A stretch of 64,000 bases of DNA, taken from contig JBKAGP010000001.1 in NCBI GenBank assembly GCA_046290465.1, positions 6,530,046 through 6,594,045 of the forward strand. Reading direction: 5' to 3'. Both the position numbers and the translations under genes were made by a program. Positions 19,934 to 28,461 of this stretch are shown here, one piece after another; within the stretch, counting starts at the first letter, position 1; every line of letters begins with the position of its first letter. The stretch is from Planctomycetota bacterium (GTDB lineage Bacteria; Planctomycetota; UBA1135; UBA2386). The notes under the pieces are model-generated. The model worked only from the letters and a program-made list of their open reading frames with translations, was not told the origin of the DNA and made no database searches.

Positions 19934-21454
19934 TCAGGGCCGCGCGACCGACCCGCCGTCCTTGCGGGTCGGGAACTGCGCGTCGCAGATCGCGAGGTGT
20001 TCGCGCAGCAGCGCGCGCAGACGGACGACGTCGTCGGGGCGCTCGCTGCTGAGATCCCGGCTCTCGCCGACGTCGGCGACCACGTCGTAGAGCTCGGCCC
20101 GGCCCGCGTCGTAGAACCAGATCAGCTTCAGGTCGCGGTGGCGGACCGCGCTGTAGGGCTCGATGCCCGGGCCGGTCACGCCCCAGTAGTGCGGGCTGTG
20201 GAAGAACAGCGGGTGGGGGATCTGCGGCTTGCCTTCGAGCGCCCGCGCGAAGCTGCGGCCATCGGGGCAGCTCGGGTCGACGTCGACCAGGTCGCACAGC
20301 GTCGGCATCACGTCCTCGAGCTGCACCGGCAGCGCCTCGACGGCGTCGGCGGCCACGTGGCCGGGCCAGCGCACCGCCATCGGCACGCGCACACCGCCTT
20401 CGTAGGCCGAGCCCTTGCCGCTCTGCAGCGGTGCGTTGTGGGTGTGCTTGTCGCCGCCGCGCGCGTGCGCGCTGAGGCCGCCGTTGTCGCTGGTGAACAT
20501 CACGATCGTGTCGTCGCCGAGACCGGTCTCGTCGAGCCATGCGAGCACCCGGCCGAGCGAGTGGTCGACGCCGCGCACCAGCGCCGCGTAGCGGGCCTCG
20601 GGTTCGGACAGGCCGCGTTCGCGGTAGCTGCCGACGAACCGTTCGTCGGGGTTCAGCGGCGTGTGCACCGCGTAGTGCGACAGGTACAGGAAGAACGGCT
20701 CGCCGTTGGCCTGCGCCGCCGACGCCGCCTGGATCGCCTCGTCGGTCAGCACGTCGGTCAGGAACCGGTCGCTGCCGTGGTAGAACTCGAGCCCGGGCAC
20801 CTGCCAGGTCTTGTCGTTCGGGTTGCGCAGGAAGCCGCGGCTCGCGAGGTAGCTCGACGGCGCGCCGGCGGCATGGCCGGCGACGTTGACGTCGAAGCCG
20901 AGGTTGGTCGGGTCCGCGCCCGGGGTGCCGATCGCGCCGAAGTGCGCCTTGCCGACCAGGATCGTCCGGTAGCCGGCGTCGCCGAGTCGCTGCGCCAGCG
21001 TCTCGGCGCAGTACGCCTCGGGCGTCTGCTCGCGATCGCTCAGGCCGCTGCGGTTCCACGCCGGCCGCAGCAGGTCCTTGCGCTGCGGGTCGGTGTAGTC
21101 GCCGTCGGCGCGCAGCGTCCAGTGGCTGACGCGGTGCCGCGCGACCGCCGCGCCCGTCATCAGGCTGACGCGCGACGGCGTGCAGACCTGGTGCGCGTAG
21201 GCGTTGGGGAACTTGGTGCCCTCGCGGCACAGCCGCTCGACGTTGGGCGTCTCGTAGCGATCGTTCCACCGCGTGCGCTCGCGCCAGAACGGCTCGCTGA
21301 CGTCCTGCCAACCGAGGTCGTCGACGAAGAACAGCACGATGTTCGGTCGCGGCTTCGGTTCGGGGGCCGGCTGCGGCCGCCGCAGCGGCGGCAGCTCGCA
21401 GGCCGCGACCAGCAGCGAGCAGGCGCCGAGGCCGAGCAGCGTGCGGCGGCGCAC
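19934..21454 (-). CDS. Sulfatase (formylglycine-dependent), probable lipoprotein
   Basis: PNIVLFFVDDLGW, CTPSR (CxPxR), GKAHFG, HYAVHTP, TSDNGG, GKGSAYEGGVRVP; MRRRTLL...LVAAC N-terminus. Confidence 0.93.
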   Translation of the reverse strand: MRRRTLLGLGACSLLVAACELPPLRRPQPAPEPKPRPNIVLFFVDDLGWQDVSEPFWRERTRWNDRYETPNVERLCREGTKFPNAYAHQVCTPSRVSLMTGAAVARHRVSHWTLRADGDYTDPQRKDLLRPAWNRSGLSDREQTPEAYCAETLAQRLGDAGYRTILVGKAHFGAIGTPGADPTNLGFDVNVAGHAAGAPSSYLASRGFLRNPNDKTWQVPGLEFYHGSDRFLTDVLTDEAIQAASAAQANGEPFFLYLSHYAVHTPLNPDERFVGSYRERGLSEPEARYAALVRGVDHSLGRVLAWLDETGLGDDTIVMFTSDNGGLSAHARGGDKHTHNAPLQSGKGSAYEGGVRVPMAVRWPGHVAADAVEALPVQLEDVMPTLCDLVDVDPSCPDGRSFARALEGKPQIPHPLFFHSPHYWGVTGPGIEPYSAVRHRDLKLIWFYDAGRAELYDVVADVGESRDLSSERPDDVVRLRALLREHLAICDAQFPTRKDGGSVARP

Positions 21455-21455
21455 G

Positions 21456-22298
21456 CTAGACCTCCGCGCCGGCGGCGCGCAGCGTGTTGCGCAGCAGCAT
21501 CGCGACCGTGACCGGGCCGACGCCGCCCGGCACCGGCGTCAGGAAGCCGGCGACCTCGTTGGCCGACGCGAAGTCGACGTCGCCGACGATCTTGCCGTCC
21601 GGTCCCTGGTTGATGCCGACGTCGATGACGCACGAACCGGGCTTCAGCATGTCGCCGTGCACCAGGCCCGGCTTGCCGACCGCGACCACGACGATGTCGG
21701 CGCGGCGGGTGTGTTCGACCAGGTTGCGGGTGCCGATGTGGCACACGGTCACCGTCGACAGATGGTGCAACAGCAGCACGGCGATGGGCTTGCCGACGAT
21801 CTCGCTGTGGCCGACGACGACCGTCTCGGCGCCGCGCAGGTCCATGCCGGTCTCGACGATCAGCTGCTGGGCCGCCGCCGCGGTGCACGGCGGCAGCAGC
21901 GGCTCCTTGTAGAGGATCGTGCCCATGTTGGTCGGGTGCATGCCCTCGACGTCCTTGTCCGGCGCGATCGCCATCTGCACGTGGCGGCCGTCGATGCCCG
22001 GTGGCAGCGGCCGCTGCACCAGCATGCCGGAGACGTCGTCGCGGGCGTTGAGATCCTCGATCCGCTGCAGCAGCTGGGCCTCGTCGGTCTCGATCGGCAG
22101 GTTCACGACCTCCATGTCGATGCCGACTTCTGCAGCAGCGCGCCGCTGGTTGCGGACATGTACAGCAGCCGCCGGGTTCTGGCCGACCTCGAGCGAGATC
22201 AGCCGCACCGGGCGATCGCCGAGGGTGTCGCGGGCCTCGCGCAGGCGTTCGCGCATGCGCTTGGCGACGTTTCGTCCGTCGAGGAGTTGGGCGGGCAC
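21456..22298 (-). CDS. folD: Bifunctional methylenetetrahydrofolate dehydrogenase/cyclohydrolase
   Basis: VQRPLP, KDVEG, PCT, IVGKP, IDVGIN, GDVDF, TPVPGGVGPVTVAML. Confidence 0.95.
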   Translation of the reverse strand: MPAQLLDGRNVAKRMRERLREARDTLGDRPVRLISLEVGQNPAAAVHVRNQRRAAAEVGIDMEVVNLPIETDEAQLLQRIEDLNARDDVSGMLVQRPLPPGIDGRHVQMAIAPDKDVEGMHPTNMGTILYKEPLLPPCTAAAAQQLIVETGMDLRGAETVVVGHSEIVGKPIAVLLLHHLSTVTVCHIGTRNLVEHTRRADIVVVAVGKPGLVHGDMLKPGSCVIDVGINQGPDGKIVGDVDFASANEVAGFLTPVPGGVGPVTVAMLLRNTLRAAGAEV

Positions 22299-22368
22299 TG
22301 GCTACGTCTCCGGTTGGGGTCTTGCCGAAAAGACTACCGGAGGTGCAGCCCGCACCCAACGGTGAGAC

Positions 22369-23220
22369 ATGAGCTACGACGGCCCCCGATTCCCCAGCCC
22401 GACCCCCGCGATCCGGCACCTGCTGATCGCCAACGCGATCGTGTTCGCGGCCAACGCGATCCTGCTCGGCCGGCTGAGCTCGCACGTCGAAGGCGGCGGC
22501 GGCCACTGGTTGGCGTTCTCGTGGGGGCTCGCGCTCGATGGCTACGGCCTCGGTGTGCTGCGCCTGGTCAGCTACCAGTTCACGCACAGCTTCGCCGACC
22601 CGTGGCACTTCCTCGGCAACATGATGGTGCTGTTCTTCATGGGCACGATCGCCGAGCCGCGCCTGGGCTACCGCGGCACGCTCAAGCTGTACCTGATCGG
22701 CGGTGCCGCAGGCGCGCTGCTGCACCTCGCGCTGGCATCGGTCCAGGGCTACGCCGACGTGCCGTTGGTCGGCGCCAGCGGCGCCTGCTACGCGTTCCTC
22801 GTCTACGCCGCCTGCCGGATGCCGAACGCGCTGGTGTTCAACCTGTTCCCGCTGTGGATCCTGGCGGCCGTGCTGGTGTTCATCGGCGCCTGTGCGACGT
22901 TCGTCGAGTTCGCGACCGGCTACGGCTCCGGCGTCTCGCACAGCGCCCACCTCGGCGGTGCCGCGATCGGCTTCCTGGCGTTCCGCAAGAACCTGTTCGT
23001 CGACTGGGCAGACCACGCCGGCGGCCAACGGCGAGGGCTGCTGGCCGGCATGCTCGACAACCTGCGGCGACGGCAGGACCGCGCCCGCGCCGACGCCGCC
23101 CAGCAGCAGGAGCACCGGCTCGACGACATCCTCGCCAAGGTCAAGCAGGACGGCATCGGGTCGCTGAGCAGCCACGAACGACGCTTCCTCGACAAGGTCA
23201 GCAAGCAGAAGCAGGACTGA
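22369..23220 (+). CDS. Rhomboid family intramembrane serine protease with C-terminal helical extension
   Basis: HFLGNM, GASG (catalytic Ser), SAHLGG (catalytic His); tail LDDILAKVKQDGIGSLS..ERRFL. Confidence 0.9.
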   Translation: MSYDGPRFPSPTPAIRHLLIANAIVFAANAILLGRLSSHVEGGGGHWLAFSWGLALDGYGLGVLRLVSYQFTHSFADPWHFLGNMMVLFFMGTIAEPRLGYRGTLKLYLIGGAAGALLHLALASVQGYADVPLVGASGACYAFLVYAACRMPNALVFNLFPLWILAAVLVFIGACATFVEFATGYGSGVSHSAHLGGAAIGFLAFRKNLFVDWADHAGGQRRGLLAGMLDNLRRRQDRARADAAQQQEHRLDDILAKVKQDGIGSLSSHERRFLDKVSKQKQD

Positions 23221-23374
23221 ACGCCGCCGCGGGCCGTTGTTGCTTCGTCGGCGTAACGATTGCGGCGAGCAGCGCCGGCAAATGTCCGGATCGCCGCGGC
23301 CGGGCACCGTTCGGGTGGTGCACTGGGACGTCTCGGCTCGGTAGGATGGGGGCGTAACCCCTCTCCCGACTGAG

Positions 23375-25492
23375 ATGCGCAACCTCACGATCCTCGTTGT
23401 CTCCGTTCTGTTCGTGCTGACATCCGCGCTGCGTGCGCAGGAGATGTCCGAGGCGGACTTCCAAAAGGCCTGGAAACAGGGCGTCGACCTCGAGGACGAG
23501 AAGGTCATGGACCGCGCGGTCAAGCAGGGCTCGCGCCACGTCATCCAGCACTTCGAGAGCCTGGCGCTGCAGGCGCGCAGCGGCACCGATGCGGTGGCCG
23601 AGCGGCAGTGCGAGCTGCTGATGGCCTCCTGGAAGCGCAACTTCGAGAACACCGACACCCTCGAGAAGGTGCAGCGCTGGGCCGACGGCGCGACCACGCA
23701 GCTCTACAACAAGCTGCAGCAGATCCGCACCACCTCGGGCCGCCTGTGGAACGACTACACCTCCAAGGTCGCGACCGGCACGATCAAGAAGGACTACCAG
23801 TCGTGCATGGAGGACTACCAGAAGCTCGCGCGCGCGGCCGAGAGCATCGGCCACTACTACGAGGCGAGCGAGCTGTGGGGCCTGGCCAGCGTCGTCGGCA
23901 GCAAGATGCCGGAGAAGACCCTCGAGGACCGGGAGGCGGTGGTGTTCGCGATCGAGCAGCAGCTGCTCAACCGCGACAACTGGGGCTACACGTTCGACAC
24001 CCACTACGCGCGCAACAAGGGCTTCGTCGAGTCGGAGATCGAGGCGATCAAGGAGGCCCGCAAGAAGGCCGACAAGCGCAAGGACGAGGGCTACGACGCC
24101 AACGCCAAGGGCATCGATGCGCTGGTCATGCCCAACGCGCCGGCGAAGAAGTACGAGCTGAAGTTCGCGCCGCTGAAGGACTGGTCGAAGGACCTCGACT
24201 ACGGCCCGCGCGGCGGACCGGTGCCGGCGTTCTGGTGGCTGGACTCGCTGCGGGAGAACGGCTCGAGCCAGCAGATGGGCTGGTTCACGGCGCAGCCGAT
24301 GTACCTGATCCGCCGCGGCACCAACAAGTTCGCGGTGCACTTCAAGCCGACCGACGAGAAGGACGCGGTCGAGATCAGCGCCAACTCGCGCGCCAAGCCG
24401 AGCACGTTCTACCTCGACGCCGAGCAGAAGCGGCCGTACTCGATGTTCTTCTGGGTCGGCACCGACCAGGAGGCGACCGGCATCACCAAGCTCAACTACG
24501 CGCCGACGTCGAAGTTCGTCAACGTCTACTACCGCAGCGCGTCGAGCTGGAAGACCACGATCGAGAAGGAGTCGATCACCTACTACGACGACGACGCGTC
24601 GGGCACGCCCGGCAACGGCGAGCCGTTCAAGGGTGAGCTGAAGTCGCACCTGGTCGGGGACCCCAACGGCGACGGCGTGCTGGTGCCGCTGTTCGACTCG
24701 ATGGAGGTCGGCAAGGGCGACCGGGTGCCGTACTCGAAGTTCCTCAAGCTGGCCGACGGCTGGCACTACCAGGAGATCGCCACCGGCTTCGACGTGTCGG
24801 TGCGCAAGCTCAACCCGGAGTACGTCAAGTCGGGCAACGTCAAGCTGTCGTGGAAGGGCTCGAAGTCGGCCAGGCCCGACCAGATCGTGATCCAGGGCAA
24901 GGGTGACTACGCCGGTGCGATCTTCGAGATCGCCGGCGGCAAGCCGGTCGAGGTGCCTGCCGGGGAATACCGCGTCATCTGGGGCCGCATCGTCAACGGC
25001 AAGGGCGCGCGCGTGCAGACCGCGCAGCTCTACCCGAGCGCCGACAGCGAGTCGTTCCTGGTCAAGGCCGGCGAGACCTTCACGCTCGAGATGGGCGAGC
25101 CGTTCGTGCTCGACTTCGAGCGCAAGGGCGACCAGACCGCGACGATCGACGCGCTGTCGATCTGCGTCAAGGAGAAGAGCGGCTGCCGGATCGTCGGCGT
25201 GCACGGCACGTCCTTGGACTGCGAGGTGCTGGCGTCGAAGACCGGCACGTCCAAGGGCGCCAAGTCGGTCGGCTCGTTCGTGCCGTTCACCAACGACCAG
25301 CTGATCGTCAAGGCGACCGAACAGTACCGCAACCTGGGCTTCCTGGTGGCGTGTTCGCCGATGCCCAAGGGCTACAAGGAGGGCGAACTGGTGCTCGAGA
25401 TGAAGCTGCCCGAGGACGGCATGAAGCTCGGCCTGGCCGTCAAGAAGGGCAAGCACAAGTTCTTCGGCAAGCTCGGTACGGTCTGGAAGTAG
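23375..25492 (+). CDS. Hypothetical secreted protein (helical N-half, beta-rich C-half)
   Basis: Signal peptide ending ALRA|Q; 705-aa ORF with strong codon bias. Confidence 0.8.
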   Translation: MRNLTILVVSVLFVLTSALRAQEMSEADFQKAWKQGVDLEDEKVMDRAVKQGSRHVIQHFESLALQARSGTDAVAERQCELLMASWKRNFENTDTLEKVQRWADGATTQLYNKLQQIRTTSGRLWNDYTSKVATGTIKKDYQSCMEDYQKLARAAESIGHYYEASELWGLASVVGSKMPEKTLEDREAVVFAIEQQLLNRDNWGYTFDTHYARNKGFVESEIEAIKEARKKADKRKDEGYDANAKGIDALVMPNAPAKKYELKFAPLKDWSKDLDYGPRGGPVPAFWWLDSLRENGSSQQMGWFTAQPMYLIRRGTNKFAVHFKPTDEKDAVEISANSRAKPSTFYLDAEQKRPYSMFFWVGTDQEATGITKLNYAPTSKFVNVYYRSASSWKTTIEKESITYYDDDASGTPGNGEPFKGELKSHLVGDPNGDGVLVPLFDSMEVGKGDRVPYSKFLKLADGWHYQEIATGFDVSVRKLNPEYVKSGNVKLSWKGSKSARPDQIVIQGKGDYAGAIFEIAGGKPVEVPAGEYRVIWGRIVNGKGARVQTAQLYPSADSESFLVKAGETFTLEMGEPFVLDFERKGDQTATIDALSICVKEKSGCRIVGVHGTSLDCEVLASKTGTSKGAKSVGSFVPFTNDQLIVKATEQYRNLGFLVACSPMPKGYKEGELVLEMKLPEDGMKLGLAVKKGKHKFFGKLGTVWK

Positions 25493-25527
25493 CGTCCGCG
25501 GCCGCGGCGGCTACACTCCGCGGCGAC

Positions 25528-26814
25528 ATGCTGGACATCAAGGTGCTGCGCGAGAACCCCGAGGCCGCCAAGGCCGGGGCCGTCAAGAAACACATGCCCG
25601 ACCGGGCCGACGCGGTCGATCGCGCGCTCGCGTTCGACGCGGAGCTGCGCGCGATGACGCCGCGCATCGACGCGATGCGCAGCGAGCAGAAGGCCGGCGG
25701 CAAGCAGCTCGGCAAGCTGAGCCCCGAGGAGCGCGCCGCGTTCCTCGACAAGCAGAAGGGCCTGAAGGCCGAGCTGCAGGTGCTCGAGGACGAGGAGAAG
25801 CTGCTGCGCACCAAGCTGCACGAGCAGCTGTCGCTGGTGCCGAACATCCCGGATCCCGAGGTGCCGGACGGCAAGGACGACGCCGAGAACACCGAGGTGC
25901 GCAAGGTCGGCACGATCCGCGAGTTCGACTTCGCCCCGCGCCCGCACTACGAGATCGGCGAGGCCCAGGGCTGGCTCGACTTCACCCGCGCCGCCGACAT
26001 GTCCGGCTCGCGCAACTACATCCTGTTCGGCGACCTCGCGCTGCTGCACGACGCGGTGCTGCGCTACGCGGTCGAGCTGCTGGTCGAGCGCGGCTTCACG
26101 CCGGTCGACCCGCCGCTGCTGGTCCGCGACGCCGCGATGTTCGGCACCGGCTTCTTCCCGGGCGGCGAGGAGCAGACCTATCGGTGCGAGAAGGACGGCC
26201 TCAACCTGATCGGCACCAGCGAGGTGCCGGTGACCTCGCTGCACAGCGGCGAGATCCTCAGCGAGAAGGACCTGCCCAAGAAGTACGTCGCGCGTTCGGC
26301 GTGCTTCCGCCGCGAGGCTGGCACCTACGGCAAGGACACGCGCGGCCTCTACCGGGTGCACCAGTTCCAGAAGGTCGAGCAGGTGATCGTCGACGTGTCC
26401 GACAAGGACCGTTCGCTCGAACACCACCAGTCGATCGTGCAGAACGCCGAGGACATGCTGCAGGCGTTCGCGCTGCCCTATCGCGTCGTCAACGTGTGCG
26501 GCGGCGACCTCGGCGTGCCGCAGGCGATGAAGTACGACATCGAGACCTGGATGCCGTCGCGCGAGAGCTACAGCGAGACGCACTCGGCGTCGCGCTTCTA
26601 CGACTACCAGGCGCGGCGCCTGAACCTGCGCTACCGCCCGGAGAAGGGCAAGCCGCTGTTCTGCCACACGCTCAACAACACGGTCGCCGCCAGCCCGCGC
26701 ATCCTGATCCCGTTGATCGAGAACCACCAGAACGCGGATGGCACGGTGACGCTGCCCGAGGGGTTGCGGCCGTACTTCGGCGGCCGTGAGGTGCTCGGCA
26801 AGCCGGTGTTCTGA
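25528..26814 (+). CDS. serS: Seryl-tRNA synthetase
   Basis: MLDIKVLRENP, VPNIP, GTSE, CFRREAG, GLYRVHQFQKVE, DYQARRL, HTLNNT. Confidence 0.97.
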   Translation: MLDIKVLRENPEAAKAGAVKKHMPDRADAVDRALAFDAELRAMTPRIDAMRSEQKAGGKQLGKLSPEERAAFLDKQKGLKAELQVLEDEEKLLRTKLHEQLSLVPNIPDPEVPDGKDDAENTEVRKVGTIREFDFAPRPHYEIGEAQGWLDFTRAADMSGSRNYILFGDLALLHDAVLRYAVELLVERGFTPVDPPLLVRDAAMFGTGFFPGGEEQTYRCEKDGLNLIGTSEVPVTSLHSGEILSEKDLPKKYVARSACFRREAGTYGKDTRGLYRVHQFQKVEQVIVDVSDKDRSLEHHQSIVQNAEDMLQAFALPYRVVNVCGGDLGVPQAMKYDIETWMPSRESYSETHSASRFYDYQARRLNLRYRPEKGKPLFCHTLNNTVAASPRILIPLIENHQNADGTVTLPEGLRPYFGGREVLGKPVF

Positions 26815-26831
26815 GCGCGAGCGGCCCTACC

Positions 26832-28403
26832 CTAGTTGATGCGCAGGTAGGGCGTCGCGGCGATCAGTTGGTCGTTCTCGTCGAACAGCTGCGCCTCGAA
26901 CTGCAGCGGGGCGCTGCCCATGCCGGAGACCGGCAGGGTCACCGTCACCTGCGGATCCAGCGGGTCGTAGTGCCACTCGATCGACAGGATCGGGGTCATG
27001 GTCGTCAGGTCGATCGAACCGGCGAACAGCACGAGGTCGCAGACGCCGGTGTTGCCCGAACCGCCGCGACCAGTGAACTGGAACGTCAACTCCGTCGACG
27101 TGAAGGCGCCGTTCTGCTTGGTGATGTCGGCGGTCGTGCGCCGCGCGATGCTCATTCCCATCGGCTGCTGCATGTGCGGCAGGAACCACTGGTCGTAGCG
27201 ATAGCCCCCCGGCACGCCGAGCGCGACCGAGGCGTCGTTCGGGGCGAGCTCGGGGTCGATCGCGCAGGCGCCGTCGACGTCGGCGTCACTGCCGGTCGGT
27301 TGGCTGGTGCCGATGCGATCGGTCACCGGCGTGGGGGACGGGTTCTGCTGGCCCGTGGTCGACGGCGGCTGGTCGAGCAGCGTCGTCGGTCCGCCGGGTT
27401 CGAGCGCCAGCAGCTGGTTCCGGCCCTGGTCGTGCGCGTGCTTGCGCGTCGAGAAGTAGACCACGTCCGGCTCGGTCGGCGGCTCGACGTATACCTGGAC
27501 CATCAGCGCGTCGACCGCCTCCTCGTGGTAGCCGGGCGCGTTCGGATCACTGATCAGGCCGAGCGCCGTGCGATTGAGGTAGATCTCGGGAGAGCTCCAT
27601 CCCCAGCTGCTGCCGTCGAACTGCCACTCGGTGCGGTAGATCACGGCCGGATCGGGCGGGAAGTTCGTGCCGCTGGCCGGGTCGCGGGCGAACGACGGCG
27701 GCAGCGCCGGATCGGGGGTCGGCGCGCCGGCGGGATAGACCCAGTCGTGCGCGACCGAGAAGAACCACAGCCGGCGGTTCGGGGCGAACACCGGCAGCAT
27801 GATGTTCGGGTTGGCCTGGATCAGTGCTGAGCCGAAGTCGAGTGCGTCCATGTCGCTGCCGGCGGGCAGGCCGGCCTCGGCGCCGGTTCGCGACAGCTGC
27901 GCCACACCCAGGTAGTCCTCGGCGAAGTGCACGCTCTCCTCGAAGAAGTAGCTGACGGTCAGGCTGCCCTGGCTGTTGCCCGGGTCGACCGGAAACTGTG
28001 GCCACACGACCCCCGAGTCGTTGCTGACCGACACGTTGATGCCGAGCCAGCGTCCGGTCAGGTTCGGAACGCCGTTGATGGTCGGTGGGATGCCGTCGTT
28101 GCCCGAACTCATCGAGCCGAACGCGAACTCACTCATGTCGTACGCCGCGTAGTTCGCCAGCAGGCTCGCGAACGCATAGTCGCCGTGGTCGGCGTCGTTG
28201 GCCGTCATCGGCGCGTTGGGCGTGTTGTCGGGGCCGGGGTCGGTGAACCGCACCGACAGCGGGGTGCCGTGCTGCGAGAAGGCCAGCGGCAGCGCCGAAG
28301 TCATGCTGCGCATGACCTCGGGGTTGTCGACGTCGGCCTGGGCCAGCAGCGGGCCGAGGCAGAGGGACGAACAGATCGGCAGGGCGAGTCGTTGCATGTG
28401 CAT
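26832..28403 (-). CDS. Hypothetical secreted protein
   Basis: Signal peptide ending LLA|Q; acidic Pro/Asp-rich beta-type sequence with DMDALD/AVDALM/DVDGAC motifs. Confidence 0.75.
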   Translation of the reverse strand: MHMQRLALPICSSLCLGPLLAQADVDNPEVMRSMTSALPLAFSQHGTPLSVRFTDPGPDNTPNAPMTANDADHGDYAFASLLANYAAYDMSEFAFGSMSSGNDGIPPTINGVPNLTGRWLGINVSVSNDSGVVWPQFPVDPGNSQGSLTVSYFFEESVHFAEDYLGVAQLSRTGAEAGLPAGSDMDALDFGSALIQANPNIMLPVFAPNRRLWFFSVAHDWVYPAGAPTPDPALPPSFARDPASGTNFPPDPAVIYRTEWQFDGSSWGWSSPEIYLNRTALGLISDPNAPGYHEEAVDALMVQVYVEPPTEPDVVYFSTRKHAHDQGRNQLLALEPGGPTTLLDQPPSTTGQQNPSPTPVTDRIGTSQPTGSDADVDGACAIDPELAPNDASVALGVPGGYRYDQWFLPHMQQPMGMSIARRTTADITKQNGAFTSTELTFQFTGRGGSGNTGVCDLVLFAGSIDLTTMTPILSIEWHYDPLDPQVTVTLPVSGMGSAPLQFEAQLFDENDQLIAATPYLRIN

Positions 28404-28461
28404 GGGATCAGGAATGGCGGTCGTCAGAAGCGATGATGGGGGAGGTCGGGATCGGTCGCGG

